A DNA stretch of 64,000 nucleotides from Candidatus Eiseniibacteriota bacterium (lineage in GTDB: Bacteria; Eisenbacteria; RBG-16-71-46). The position numbers and the translations under genes were made by a program. The stretch's first letter is position 1; every line of letters starts with the position of its first letter. The stretch is taken from the NCBI GenBank assembly GCA_963725865.1, contig CAVSAC010000012.1, positions 1,152,001-1,216,000 on the forward strand, written 5' to 3'. Positions 41,180-51,645 of this stretch are shown here, piece after piece. Under the pieces are notes generated by a model. That model made no database searches and had not been told where the DNA came from. It saw nothing but the letters and a program-made list of their open reading frames with translations.

Positions 41180-42274
41180 ATGCGGGCACTGCGAAGTCTC
41201 GATCGGGCCGGAGCGCTCCGCCGCGCGCGCGCGCTGGCGGTCGTGCTCGCCGTCGTGCTCGGGGCGGCGGGTTGCGCCAAGAAGGGGCCGCCCTCGGGCG
41301 GTCCGCCCGATCTCGAGCCGCCGCGCGTGGTGTCCTCGGAGCCCGACTCCGGCGCGGCCGGCGTGGCGCGCGATGCGGTCCTGGGCATCACGTTCAGCGA
41401 GGGGATGGAGCCGCGCAGCACCGGGGACGCGGTGGCGCTGGCGCCACGGGTCGACATCCAGCAGCGGCGCTGGAGCGGGCGCACGCTGCGCCTGGTGCTG
41501 GCCCAGCCGCTCGCCGCCACGCAGACCTACACGCTGTTCGTGGGCGGCAACGCGCGCGATCGCCATGGCAACTCGATCGCCGGCGGCGCCACCGTCGTGT
41601 TCACGACCGCGGACTCGTTCCCGCCCGGCGTGCTCGAGGGCGAGATCGAGGCGCGGGGCTTCGCCGCGTCGGGGACCTACCTGTGGTGCTACGACGCCGC
41701 CACCGGACACCTGCCCGACAGCACCGCGCGGGACTTCGACGCGGTCGGCCTCGCCGACAAGGACGGGCGGTTCCGCATCGCCGGGCTGCGGGTGCCGGCC
41801 CGCTGGCGGATCTGGAGCTTCGCCGACCTCAACGGCAACCGCTCGTTCGAGCCCGACGTGGACCTGTTGGCGCCGGCGGACAGCGTATACGAACTCACCC
41901 GCGCGGCCCCCGAGGCGAAGGGGCTGCTGCTGCACGTCGTGAATCCGCGCGCGCCCGGCCGCGTGGCGGGGCGGGTGGTCGTGGAGGGCGCGGCGGACTC
42001 GACGGTCAAGCGCCGCGTCTGGGCCGTCGCCGATCGCGACAGCACGCGCGCGCAGACGTTCGAGGTGCGCGCCGATGACACGTTCGACATCCCGCTCCCG
42101 AACGGGGGGTGGCGACTGCGCGCGTTCCTGGATCAGAATCGGGACGAGCGCTGGCAGGCGGCCAGCGAGCCGGCGAGCGATCCGCTGCGCGTCGAGGTGC
42201 CGCCCGCCGACCAGGTGAAGGACCTGACCCTGCGCCTGACGGCCCCCCAGGCCAAGCCCGCGGAGGGGCCGTGA
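41180..42274 (+). CDS. Lipoprotein with Big_5-type Ig-like domain
   Basis: Lipobox LGAAGC then AKKGPPSGGPPDLEPPRVV, ITFSEGM; DLNGNRSF and DQNRDERW Ca-binding-like loops. Confidence 0.75.
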   Translation: MRALRSLDRAGALRRARALAVVLAVVLGAAGCAKKGPPSGGPPDLEPPRVVSSEPDSGAAGVARDAVLGITFSEGMEPRSTGDAVALAPRVDIQQRRWSGRTLRLVLAQPLAATQTYTLFVGGNARDRHGNSIAGGATVVFTTADSFPPGVLEGEIEARGFAASGTYLWCYDAATGHLPDSTARDFDAVGLADKDGRFRIAGLRVPARWRIWSFADLNGNRSFEPDVDLLAPADSVYELTRAAPEAKGLLLHVVNPRAPGRVAGRVVVEGAADSTVKRRVWAVADRDSTRAQTFEVRADDTFDIPLPNGGWRLRAFLDQNRDERWQAASEPASDPLRVEVPPADQVKDLTLRLTAPQAKPAEGP

Positions 42275-43086
42275 AGTTCGACTTCTGGAAGATGCACGGG
42301 GCGGCGAACGACTTCGTGGTGATCGACCATCGCGCGCCGTTCCTGCCCGCCGACCCGGCCGCGCTGGTCGCGCGGCTGTGCGATCGGCGGCGCGGCATCG
42401 GAGCCGACGGCGTGCTGGCGCTCGAGCGCGATCCGGCGCTCGACTTCGCGATGGCCTACTGGAACGCCGATGGCGGGCGCGCCGAGTTCTGCGGCAATGG
42501 CGCCCGCTGCATGGCGCGGCTGGCGCTCGACCTCGGCCTCGGCCACGACGGCGCGGTGCGCTTCGCGACCGACGCGGGCCCCAAGGAGGGCCGCCGCACC
42601 GCCGACGGGACCGGCGTCGACCTGCGCTTCGGCCACGTCGGCGCGCCGGGCGGCGCCGAGTTGATTCCGGTGCTGGAGCGCACGTTCACCGGCTGGCGGG
42701 TGCCGGCCGGCGTGCCGCACTTCGTGGTGCCGGTCGACCGCCTCGGCGAGGTGCCGCTCCAGGTATGGGGCAGCGCGCTGCGCCACCACCCGCAGTTCGG
42801 ACCGGCGGGCGCCAACGTGGACTTCATCGAGGTGCTGGGCCCCGGGCGCGTGGCGATGCGCACGTTCGAGCGCGGCGTCGAGGGCGAGACGCTGGCGTGC
42901 GGCAGCGGCGCGATCGCGACCGCGCTGGCGGCCGCGCTCGGCGGCATGAGCTCGCCGGTCACGGTGCGCACCGCCGGGGGTGACGATCTGGTGGTATCGT
43001 TCGCGCCCAGCGAGGGCGGCTACGATGTGACGCTGAGCGGTCCGGCCGAGGTGGCGTTCCGCGGCACCTGGGAGGCCGGGATCTGA
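42271..43086 (+). CDS. dapF: Diaminopimelate epimerase
   Basis: KMHGAANDF, GIGADG, FCGNG, GVPH, ERGVEGETLACGSG. Confidence 0.95.
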   Translation: MKFDFWKMHGAANDFVVIDHRAPFLPADPAALVARLCDRRRGIGADGVLALERDPALDFAMAYWNADGGRAEFCGNGARCMARLALDLGLGHDGAVRFATDAGPKEGRRTADGTGVDLRFGHVGAPGGAELIPVLERTFTGWRVPAGVPHFVVPVDRLGEVPLQVWGSALRHHPQFGPAGANVDFIEVLGPGRVAMRTFERGVEGETLACGSGAIATALAAALGGMSSPVTVRTAGGDDLVVSFAPSEGGYDVTLSGPAEVAFRGTWEAGI

Positions 43087-43129
43087 CGTGCGACGGGCGT
43101 GAAGCGGTTCCACGCCGCGGGAGGACGGG

Positions 43130-44023
43130 ATGTTCGAAGGACTGACGGTGGCGATGGTGACGCCGTTCGCGGGGGGCGAGCTGGATCTCGACGCCACCGC
43201 GCGGCTGGTGGACTTCATGCTCGAGGGCGGCGTCGAGGGGCTGGTGGTCTCGGGCTCCACCGGCGAGGCGGCGACCTGCAGTGTCGAGGAGCGGCGGCGG
43301 CTGTGGGCGTTCGTGAAGGAGCGGGTGCGGGGCCGCTGCCCGGTGATCGCCGGCACCGGCACCAACGACACCGCGGCGAGCGTGGCGCTCACGCGCATGG
43401 CCGACGAGCTGGGGCTCGACGGGGTCATGCTGGTGACGCCGTTCTACAACAAGCCGACTCCGCGGGGACAGGTCGCGCACTTCACCACCGTCGCCCGCAG
43501 CACGCGGCTGCCCGTGATCCTCTACAACGTGCCCGGTCGCACCGGCATCAACACGATGCCCGACACGTTCGCGCGGACCCAGGAGGTCGCGAACATCGTC
43601 GCGATCAAGGAGGCCTCCGGCAGCCTCGACCAGGCCAGCGCGCTGTGCGCGAAGACGCGCTTCACGATCCTCTCGGGCGATGATTCGCTGACGGTGCCGA
43701 TGATCGCGGTGGGGGCGCAGGGCGTGATCTCGGTCGCGGGCAACGTGGCGCCGCGGGCGATGCGCACGCTGTGCGACCACGCGCGCGCCGGCCGCATGCG
43801 CGAAGCCGAGGCCGCGCACCGCGCGCTGGGCCCGCTGTTCAAGGCGCTGTTCATCGAGTCGAACCCGGCGCCCGCCAAGTTCCTGCTGGCGGCGATGGGG
43901 CTGATGCGCGCCGAGCTGCGCCTGCCGTTGGTGCCGGTCGAGCCGGCGAGCGCGACCGCGATCCTCGAGGCGGCGCGCGCCTGCGGCGTGCCGCTGGCGG
44001 CGGGCGCGGGGGCGCCGGCGTGA
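43130..44023 (+). CDS. dapA: 4-hydroxy-tetrahydrodipicolinate synthase
   Basis: MVTPF, GSTGE, PFYNKP, LYNVPGRT, IKEASG, SGDD, ESNP. Confidence 0.95.
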   Translation: MFEGLTVAMVTPFAGGELDLDATARLVDFMLEGGVEGLVVSGSTGEAATCSVEERRRLWAFVKERVRGRCPVIAGTGTNDTAASVALTRMADELGLDGVMLVTPFYNKPTPRGQVAHFTTVARSTRLPVILYNVPGRTGINTMPDTFARTQEVANIVAIKEASGSLDQASALCAKTRFTILSGDDSLTVPMIAVGAQGVISVAGNVAPRAMRTLCDHARAGRMREAEAAHRALGPLFKALFIESNPAPAKFLLAAMGLMRAELRLPLVPVEPASATAILEAARACGVPLAAGAGAPA

Positions 44024-44772
44024 TCCCGCTGGTGCTGGCCGGCGCCGCCGGCCGCATGGGCCGCGCGGTGGACGCCGCGGCCCATGCGGCCGGCTTCGCG
44101 GTGCGCAAGCGGATCGACCGCGCGGCGCCGAGCGGGCCGGACTGGAGCCTCGATCCGGGCGTGATCGCCACCGGGGACGTGGTGATCGACTTCAGCGCGC
44201 CCGAGCTGCTGCGCGGCGTGGTCGCGCGCTGTGCGGAGGTCCGGGCGGCGCTGGTGACCGGCACCACCGGGCTGGGCCCGGCCGACGAGCAGGCGCTCGC
44301 CGGCGCGGCCCGGACCGTGGCGGTGCTGCGGGCCGCCAACTTCAGCCTCGGGGTGCTGACGCTGCGCCGCGCGCTCGCGGCGGCGCTGGCGGTGGCGCCC
44401 GCCACCTGGGACATCGAGATCGTCGAGCGCCACCATCGGATGAAGGCCGACAGCCCTTCGGGCACCGCGCTGCTGCTGGCGCGCGAGGCGGCGGCCGCGC
44501 GGGGCCTCGCGCCGGACGCGCTGCGCCACGGCCGCTCGGGACGCGTGGGCGTCCGCCCGGCGGACGAGATCGGCGTGCACGCCGTGCGCGGCGGCACCTG
44601 GGTGGGGGACCACACCGTGCTGCTGGCGGGCGAGGGGGAGTGGATCGAGCTCCGCCACGTCGCCCAGGACCGGGCGGCGTTCGCGCACGGCGCGCTGGCG
44701 GCCGCACGATTCGTGATGCAGGCGCCGCCCGGCCTCTATACACTCGACGACGTCGTCACAGGCCGCGCCTAG
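44020..44772 (+). CDS. dapB: 4-hydroxy-tetrahydrodipicolinate reductase
   Basis: GAAGRMG, IDFS, GTTG, NFSLGV, ERHHRMKADSPSGTA. Confidence 0.95.
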   Translation: MIPLVLAGAAGRMGRAVDAAAHAAGFAVRKRIDRAAPSGPDWSLDPGVIATGDVVIDFSAPELLRGVVARCAEVRAALVTGTTGLGPADEQALAGAARTVAVLRAANFSLGVLTLRRALAAALAVAPATWDIEIVERHHRMKADSPSGTALLLAREAAAARGLAPDALRHGRSGRVGVRPADEIGVHAVRGGTWVGDHTVLLAGEGEWIELRHVAQDRAAFAHGALAAARFVMQAPPGLYTLDDVVTGRA

Positions 44773-44814
44773 GCGGAACCGGGAACCGCCGTTCACGTCA
44801 CCTCGGGAGCCTCC

Positions 44815-47623
44815 ATGCGTCTGGCGCGCCCGGCGCGGACCCACATCCCCTTCCTCGCGCTCCTCCTCGCGACCCTTGCGGCGGTCCCGTCCGCCCACGC
44901 GCAGTCCTTCGGCAAGAACAAGGTCCAATACGAAGCGCTCGACTGGACGGTGTACGAGACCCCGCACGTGCGGATGCACCACTACGCGGAGGAGGACAGC
45001 CTCGCGCGCCGGCTGGCGGCCTTCGCGGAGAGCGTGTGCGTGGAGTACGACGCGCGATTCCGCCTGCACCCGCGCACGCGCGTGCCGTTCCTGCTGTACG
45101 CCGCTCACAGCCTGTTCCAGCAGAGCAACGCCACCCCCGAGCTGATCTCCGAGGGCACCGGCGGGCTCACCGAGCTGATCAAGGGGCGCGTGCTGGTGCC
45201 GCACACGGGCTCGTGGACGCGGCTCGCGTGGGTGACGCGCCACGAGCTGACCCACTGGTACATGCTCGAGAAGCTCAACCAGGTCATGAAGGAGCACCAC
45301 CGCACCCAGGGCGGGCTGCCGCCGCTGTGGTTCGTGGAGGGGCTGGCGGAGTACTTCGGCACGAGCTGGGACGCCGACGCCGAAGGCCTGATGCGCGACG
45401 CGGTGCTGTCCGGCGAGGCGCGGCCGCTGCGGCACAGCGAGTCGATCTGGGGCACGGTGCTGATGTACAAGGAAGGGCAGTCGTTCATGCTGTGGTTCGC
45501 GGAGCAGTACGGCGAGTCGCGCCTGATTGGAATGCTCGAAGACTGGTGGCGCGCCGACGACTTCGAGACCGTGTTCCGCATCACCACCGGCGAGCGCTTC
45601 GAGGCGGTCGACGAGCGCTGGTTCACATCGGTGCGCCGGCACTTCTACCCGGCGATCGCGACCACCTCCGCGGTGGCGGATACCGCGCGCCGCGCGACGC
45701 CGCACGGGCGCTACAACCTCGGAGCTCGGGTGCTGCCGGGGCGCGCCCCGGGCGACACCGCGCTGCGCTTCTGCTGGTTCGCCGCCTCCGAGAACGGCAT
45801 CGAGCTGCGCCTGAGCGAGCCCGACCGGCGCGGGCGGCGGCGCGAGACCCGCCTGCTGCGGGGCTACCAATCCCCGCAGTTCGAGTCGTTCCACCTGTTC
45901 CAGAATCGCCCCGGCGCCTCGTCGCTCGGGCGCGTGGTGATCTCCTCCAAGCGCGGGGGGCGGGACTGCATCCACGTGGTGGATGCGGCCGCGCGCCGCG
46001 TCCTGCGCACGGTCGACCTGCCGTCGCTGGTGATGATCACCGACCCGGTGTTCGCGGCCGGCGACTCGGCGGTCATCTTCTCGGCGCAGGACCGCAGCGG
46101 CCGCAGCGATCTGTACCGGCTGTGGTGGCGCCGGCCCGAGGGGCTCGAGCGCCTCATGAACGACGACTTCGACGACCTCGAGCCCGCGGTCTCGCCGGAC
46201 GGCCGCTGGGTGGCGTTCGCCTCCGATCGCGGCGAGCGGGGCGGGCGCTACGGGCTGTTCCGGCTCGCGCTCGCGGATGGTCACGTGGAGGCGCTGAGCG
46301 ACCCGCCGGCCGGCGACGACCGCCAGCCGGTGTACTCGCCGGATGGACGCTGGCTCGCGTTCCGCTCGACGCGCGGCGGCACCAGCGACCTGTGGGTGCG
46401 CCCGGCGGAGCCCGCACGCGAGGCGCGGCGGGTGACCCGGCTGCGCGGCCCGGCCACCGATCCCGACTGGCTCGCGGACGGGCGCGGGCTGATGTTCACC
46501 GGGCAGGAGGCGGTGCGCTTCCAGGCCTACGTCGTCCGGTTCGCACCGGAGTCGCTGCAGGTCGAGCCCGAGGCGCCCGGCACCGCGGAGCCCGCGATGC
46601 CGGCGATCGCGCATCGCGGCGAGCCGCAGCGCTACCAGCGGCGCGTCGGACTCGACCTGGTCCAGAACGCGATCGCCTACGACCCGGTGCTCGGCGGCGC
46701 CGCGGGAGTGGGGCAGATCTCGCTCAGCGACGTGCTCGGAAACGAGCGGTGGTACGTGTTCATCGCGAACGACTCCGAGCGGTTCGGCAACTTCTGGGAC
46801 GGCTTCCAGACCGGGATCACGTACGTGAACCAGGCGCAGCGGATGAACTACGGGGTCGGGGTGTTCCGGCTCACCGAGCAGTACGACGCCGACCTCGACC
46901 TGATCCGCCGCGAGAAGCGGGTCGGGGTGCTGGCGCTGGCGTCCTACCCGTTCGACAAGTTCACGCGCATCGAGGCGTCCGCCGTCGTGCGCCACGCGAG
47001 CGACCATCTGCTGCGCGACGGCCGGGTGCTCGACGTCGACCTGGTGTCGGACTTCCTCACGCTGGTGCGCGACAACGTGGGTTGGTCGTCGATGGGGCCC
47101 GCGAGCGGACTGCGCGCCTTCCTGTCGGCCGGGTTTCACGCGCGACATGACGTCGGGAGCGGCCGACTTCGCCACGTTGATGGCGGAAGGGCGCCGCTAC
47201 GCCAGCCCGGCGCCGGGGCTGGTGCTGGCCGCGCGCGCGCAGGGGCTGGCGAGCCTCGGCCACGACGCGCAGCGCTTCTACCTGGGTGGGCGCTCGACCC
47301 TGCGCGGCTTCGACCGGCGGGAGATCTCCGGATTGCGCACCGTGCTGCTGCAGCAGGAGGTGCGCTTTCCGCTGCTGCGCGGACTCACGCTCGCGGTCCC
47401 GGCGCCGTGGGAGTTCCCGGCCATCTCGGGCGCCACGTTCGTGGACGCGGCGTGGGCGTGGGAGGGCGAGGTGCGCGAGCGCCGCGGCAGCGCGGGCTTC
47501 GCCGTGTACGTGGGCGGGGCGTACTTCCCGGCGCTGCGCTGGAATTTCGCATGGACCACGCTCGACTTCGAGCACTGGGCACGGCGGCCGCGGACCCAGT
47601 TCAACCTCGGCTTCAACTTCTGA
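44815..47623 (+). pseudogene. Gluzincin/peptidase-MA-like + PD40 propeller + Omp85-type barrel protein, interrupted by a +1 frameshift near 47134
   Basis: Signal peptide, QSFGKNKVQY, HELTH...WFVEGLAEY, SPDGRW repeats. The barrel C-terminus (FYLGGRSTLRGF...QFNLGFNF) lies in the +1 frame (ORF 47147..47623). Could be a sequencing error rather than a true pseudogene. Confidence 0.75.
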
Positions 47624-47638
47624 GTCGTCGCGCCGCGC

Positions 47639-48892
47639 TCACGGCCCCGAGCGGTCCACCGCGACCGAGCGGGGGCTGACGAACCCGCCCGCGCTCTCGA
47701 GCACCGTGCCGGCGGAGGAGACGTGCGCCACCCGTCCGAGCGAGGTGGCCACCACCCAGGCGTCGCCGGTCTTCAGATCGAGCGACACGCTGCGCGCCCC
47801 CGGGAGTCCGCGCACGCGGAACAGCACGGCGCCGGCGCGGTCCAGCACCACGACCTCGCTCGCCACCGCGTCGGCGATCCAGACCCGGCCGCGGCGCGGA
47901 TCGATGTCGATCCCGATCGGACCCAGGAAGCCCGCGATCGTGTCCTGCGGCACCATCGACGAATTCATCCGCACGACCTGGCCCTGCTCGTAGGAGCTCA
48001 CCCACACGTCGCGCGTGAGGGAGTCGATGGCGATCCACCAGGGCAGGGTCACCGCGGTGCGCCCGAGCTGCGCGCCGGCCACCGAGAATCGCCGGACCTG
48101 GTTGCCGTGGTGCTCCGTCACCCACACCGAGCGGTCGGCGGGATCGATCGCGACCGCGAGCGGCTCGTCGAGTCCGCCGATCGAGGACGGAGTGCCCGGC
48201 TGGCCGGAGGGCTGCAGGTGACGCAGCAGGTCCGCGGACTGGTCGCACACCCACAGCCCGCGATCGAGCCAATCGATCGCGAGCCCCGCAGGGCGCGAGA
48301 ACCCGGTGACCTGCACCGAGACCCGGCCGTCCGGGAGCACCGCGCTCACGCTGCCGTCGCCGATGTCGCCAACCCAGGCGACTCCCGAGTAATCGTCGAC
48401 CGCGAGCTCGTACGGCGCGGAGAACCCCGCGACCTGGGCGGCGATGTGGCGGCCGTCCGGCGTCATCCGCGCGATCATGCCCGCCTCCGGGTCGGTCGCC
48501 CACGCGCGCTCCAGTCCCGGCGTGGCGCGGTCCTCGGCCGGCAGTCCGCCCGGCCCGTTCTGGAACACGTGGTAGAGCTGGTACTCGTACGTCGTGCCGT
48601 TGGACAGCCCGAGGTCCACGAAGCCGGAGCTGTTCGCCGGGAGCTGCAGCGGAAGGACCAGGTAGTCCGGCTCGCCCGCGATGCGCCGGCGCAGCTCGAA
48701 GCCCACCAGCCCCGGGGCGGTCGACGGCGACCACTGCAGCCTCACGAACGTGTTCTCCGCCAGCGCGACGAAGCCGCTCGGGCGCCCGCCGGTCTCGGGG
48801 TTCTTGGGATCGAACGGATTCGAGTGCGGTCGCGAGCTGCAGCCCGCGACCAGCGCCAGGCCGGCGATCAGAACCGCAGCGCGAGCGCGCAT
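47639..48892 (-). CDS. Lipoprotein with FN3-like domain and NHL/YVTN-like beta-propeller
   Basis: Lipobox LVAGC, HSNPFDP; FN3-like LSNGTTYEYQ; repeated P.xLAID...VWV units. Confidence 0.75.
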   Translation of the reverse strand: MRARAAVLIAGLALVAGCSSRPHSNPFDPKNPETGGRPSGFVALAENTFVRLQWSPSTAPGLVGFELRRRIAGEPDYLVLPLQLPANSSGFVDLGLSNGTTYEYQLYHVFQNGPGGLPAEDRATPGLERAWATDPEAGMIARMTPDGRHIAAQVAGFSAPYELAVDDYSGVAWVGDIGDGSVSAVLPDGRVSVQVTGFSRPAGLAIDWLDRGLWVCDQSADLLRHLQPSGQPGTPSSIGGLDEPLAVAIDPADRSVWVTEHHGNQVRRFSVAGAQLGRTAVTLPWWIAIDSLTRDVWVSSYEQGQVVRMNSSMVPQDTIAGFLGPIGIDIDPRRGRVWIADAVASEVVVLDRAGAVLFRVRGLPGARSVSLDLKTGDAWVVATSLGRVAHVSSAGTVLESAGGFVSPRSVAVDRSGP

Positions 48893-49356
48893 CGTCCGGG
48901 GGCCACGGTGAGGGAGAACACCTCGTCGCGCGGGTGGTGCACGAAACGCATCCACAGCCCGGCGGCGATCAGCGCCTCGCCGCCGAGCAGCGCGCCGCTC
49001 GAAAGCCGGTCGTAGTGGGCGGTGCGGTCGTACAACGACGTGATCTGCCCCGGATCGACCGCCATGAGGTACTCGTCGTAGAGCTCGTTCGACCGGGCCT
49101 GGAGTGCGAACGAGGCGCCCATCAGTCCGGCCCCGGCCGCCATCGCCAGGTAAGCGCCGAGGTGGGACCGCGGCGCGGCGGCGGTGTGGATCTCGACCGA
49201 GGGGAACGGCGAGGGTGCGGGCTCGCCGGCCGCCGCCGCGGCGATCGCCGCCGCCGGATGCGCGACGGCCGCCCGCGCGGGAGCGCAGGCGGCCGGGGCC
49301 GGCATCGAGCAGAGTGCGAAGGCCGCGAGCAGCGCGGCCGCGGGGCGCATCGTCAT
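48868..49356 (-). CDS. Hypothetical exported/membrane protein
   Basis: Signal-like N-terminus, two hydrophobic helices flanking ELYDEY...LYDR, C-terminal ALALRF. Confidence 0.65.
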   Translation of the reverse strand: MTMRPAAALLAAFALCSMPAPAACAPARAAVAHPAAAIAAAAAGEPAPSPFPSVEIHTAAAPRSHLGAYLAMAAGAGLMGASFALQARSNELYDEYLMAVDPGQITSLYDRTAHYDRLSSGALLGGEALIAAGLWMRFVHHPRDEVFSLTVAPGRCALALRF

Positions 49357-49368
49357 CCGATCATGGCC

Positions 49369-49626
49369 TCAGGCCGAGAGCTTGGAGGCGAACTTCGCCA
49401 GACGCGACTTGTGGCGGTTCGCGGTCTCCTTCTTGATCATGCCCTTGGCGGCGGTGCGGTCGAGGATCGCGGCGGCCTTGGTGTATGCGGCCTGAGCCTG
49501 GGCCCTGCTGGTGGCCTCTCGCACGGCCTTCACGGCGGCGCGCATGCGCGAGCGGGCGGCGATGTTCCGCTGGCGCGCCTTCTCGTTCGTGATGACGCGC
49601 TTGGCCGCGGACTTGTGATGCGGCAT
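49369..49626 (-). CDS. rpsT: 30S ribosomal protein S20
   Basis: MPHHKSAAKRV...RN...S.MR..VK...LDRTAAKGMIKKETANRHKSRL; SD AAGGAGG. Confidence 0.96.
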   Translation of the reverse strand: MPHHKSAAKRVITNEKARQRNIAARSRMRAAVKAVREATSRAQAQAAYTKAAAILDRTAAKGMIKKETANRHKSRLAKFASKLSA

Positions 49627-49668
49627 TCGTTCCTCCTTGGGATCGTCGGGTCACGGAAAAGCCCGGAA

Positions 49669-49697
49669 AAACTACGTGTTCCCGCGCCGTCCGTCAA
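49669..49697 (-). promoter_or_regulatory. sigma70-type promoter of rpsT
   Basis: Minus strand TTGACG-N17-TAGTTT. Confidence 0.6.
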
Positions 49698-49809
49698 GCC
49701 GCGACGGGGGAGGATCGCGCGTGCGAGCGACTCGCGACTATTGCGGCCCGCGGGCCCGGGATGTAGTGTCCTTGCCTCGACCATCCCTCAGTGGGCCGCT
49801 GGGGCTCCC

Positions 49810-51645
49810 ATGAGCGCATTGAGCGAAAAAGTGCGGAATCTACCGGCTCTTCCCGGGGTCTACCTCTGGAAGGACGCCCGGGGACGCGTGCTCTACGTGG
49901 GCAAGGCCAAGAGCCTCCAGCACCGCGTGCGCTCCTACGCGACCGGCGAGAGCGGGCACGCCCGGCTGGACGAGCTGATGGCCGAGGCGGTCGACGTGGA
50001 CACCATCCTGACCGACACCGAGGCGGACGCGCTGCTGCTGGAGTCCACCCTGGTCCGCCAGCACAAGCCCCATTACAACGTGCTGCTCAAGGACGACAAG
50101 TCCTTTCCCTACGTCCGGATCAGCGTCCAGGAGGACGCCCCCCGGCTGTCGGTGACCCGCCATGTCCGCAGCGATGGCGCCCGCTACCTGGGCCCGTACA
50201 CCGACGTCAAACTGTTGCGGCGCACTCTGCGCGAGCTGCGGCGGGTGTTTCCGGTGCGGACCTGCCGGGATTTCGAGGACCACCGGCGCACCAATCGCCC
50301 GTGCCTGTACTTCCACATCCGGCGCTGCGCCGGCCCCTGCACGACGCGCTCGCCGGTCTCGCCGGCCGACTACCGACGCATCGTCGACGGGCTGGTGCTG
50401 TTCCTCTCGGGGCGCGACGTGGACCTGGCGAAGTCGTTGCGCACCCAGATGGGCGAGGCCGCGGCGGAGCGCCGCTACGAGGAGGCCGCGCGGGTGCGCG
50501 ACCAGATCGCCCTGCTCGAGAAGGCGCGCGTGCCGCAGACCATGGTGCGCCGCGGCGCGCACGACACCGACGTGCTCGGGGTGGCGCGCCACGGCGCGCG
50601 CGCCGCGCTCGCGGTGCTGCTGGTGCGCGAGGGTCGCGTGGCGGGGAAGGAGTCGCGCGTCATCGACGGGGCCGGGCGGCTCGACGACGCCACCATCCTC
50701 GAGTCCGTGATCACGCAGCACTACCTCGGCGCCGCCGAGCCACCGCGCCGGCTGGTCGTGGGCGTGCTGCCCGAGAGCGCCGCGGCGCTGGCGGACGCGC
50801 TGTCGCGCCACGCCGGACGCCGCGTCGAGCTGGCCGCGCCCGTCCGCGGGCGCGACCGGAGGCTGGTGCTGATGGCCGAGCGCAACGCGGCGCTCGCGCT
50901 CGAAGACCTCGCGGCGCGCGCGGCGGGCCGGCGCGCGCGATTCTCGCCCGACGTGCTGGCGCTCCAGAAGGCGCTCGAGCTGCCGGTGCCGCCGTTCCGC
51001 ATGGTGTGCTTCGACATCTCGAACCTGGGCCCCGAGCACGCGGTCGCGGCCGTCGTTGCGGCCGAGAACGCGCGCCCGCGCAAGTCGCTGTACCGGCGCA
51101 TGCGGATCCGCCGCCCGGGACCCGACGACTTCGCGATGATCGCCGAGGCCGTGGAGCGCTACTGGGCGCGCGTGGAGTCGGGCGAGCTGCCTCGCCCCGA
51201 CCTGGCGGTGATCGACGGGGGCCTCGGGCAGCTGGGGGCGGCGCGCGCGGCGCTCGAGCGCTCGGGTGCCCGCCCGGTGCCGCTCATCGGCCTCGCCAAG
51301 CGCGAGGAGACCGTGGTGCGTCTCGGCGCGCCCCCGCTGGTGCTGCCGCGCCGCAGCGCCGCGCTGCGCGCGCTGCAGCGGCTGCGCGACGAGGCGCACC
51401 GCTTCGGGCTCTCGTACCACCGCACGCTGCGCAGTCGCTCGCGCCTGGCGAGCGACCTGGAGCGGGTGCCGGGCGTGGGGCCCGCGCGGCGCGCCGCGCT
51501 GCTGCGCGCGTTCGGCTCGCTGAGCGCGGTCCGTGCCGCGACGGCGGCGGAGATCGCGGCGCGCGCCGGGATGCCGGCGCCGCTCGCCGAGCGCATCGCC
51601 CGCCAGCTGGCGGCGGGCGCGCACGCCCGGGAAGGCCCGCGATGA
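49810..51645 (+). CDS. uvrC: Excinuclease ABC subunit C
   Basis: GIY-YIG PGVYLW...YVGKAK, YNVLLKDDKSFPY, UVR coil, CFDISN, IDGGLGQ, GLAKREE, RDEAHRF, HhH VPGVGP. Confidence 0.96.
   Translation: MSALSEKVRNLPALPGVYLWKDARGRVLYVGKAKSLQHRVRSYATGESGHARLDELMAEAVDVDTILTDTEADALLLESTLVRQHKPHYNVLLKDDKSFPYVRISVQEDAPRLSVTRHVRSDGARYLGPYTDVKLLRRTLRELRRVFPVRTCRDFEDHRRTNRPCLYFHIRRCAGPCTTRSPVSPADYRRIVDGLVLFLSGRDVDLAKSLRTQMGEAAAERRYEEAARVRDQIALLEKARVPQTMVRRGAHDTDVLGVARHGARAALAVLLVREGRVAGKESRVIDGAGRLDDATILESVITQHYLGAAEPPRRLVVGVLPESAAALADALSRHAGRRVELAAPVRGRDRRLVLMAERNAALALEDLAARAAGRRARFSPDVLALQKALELPVPPFRMVCFDISNLGPEHAVAAVVAAENARPRKSLYRRMRIRRPGPDDFAMIAEAVERYWARVESGELPRPDLAVIDGGLGQLGAARAALERSGARPVPLIGLAKREETVVRLGAPPLVLPRRSAALRALQRLRDEAHRFGLSYHRTLRSRSRLASDLERVPGVGPARRAALLRAFGSLSAVRAATAAEIAARAGMPAPLAERIARQLAAGAHAREGPR

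Noticed and set aside
47131..47137. GGGTTTC as a -1 slippery heptamer
   Set aside because: It is not phased as X-XXY-YYZ in the coding frame, and the required shift is +1.
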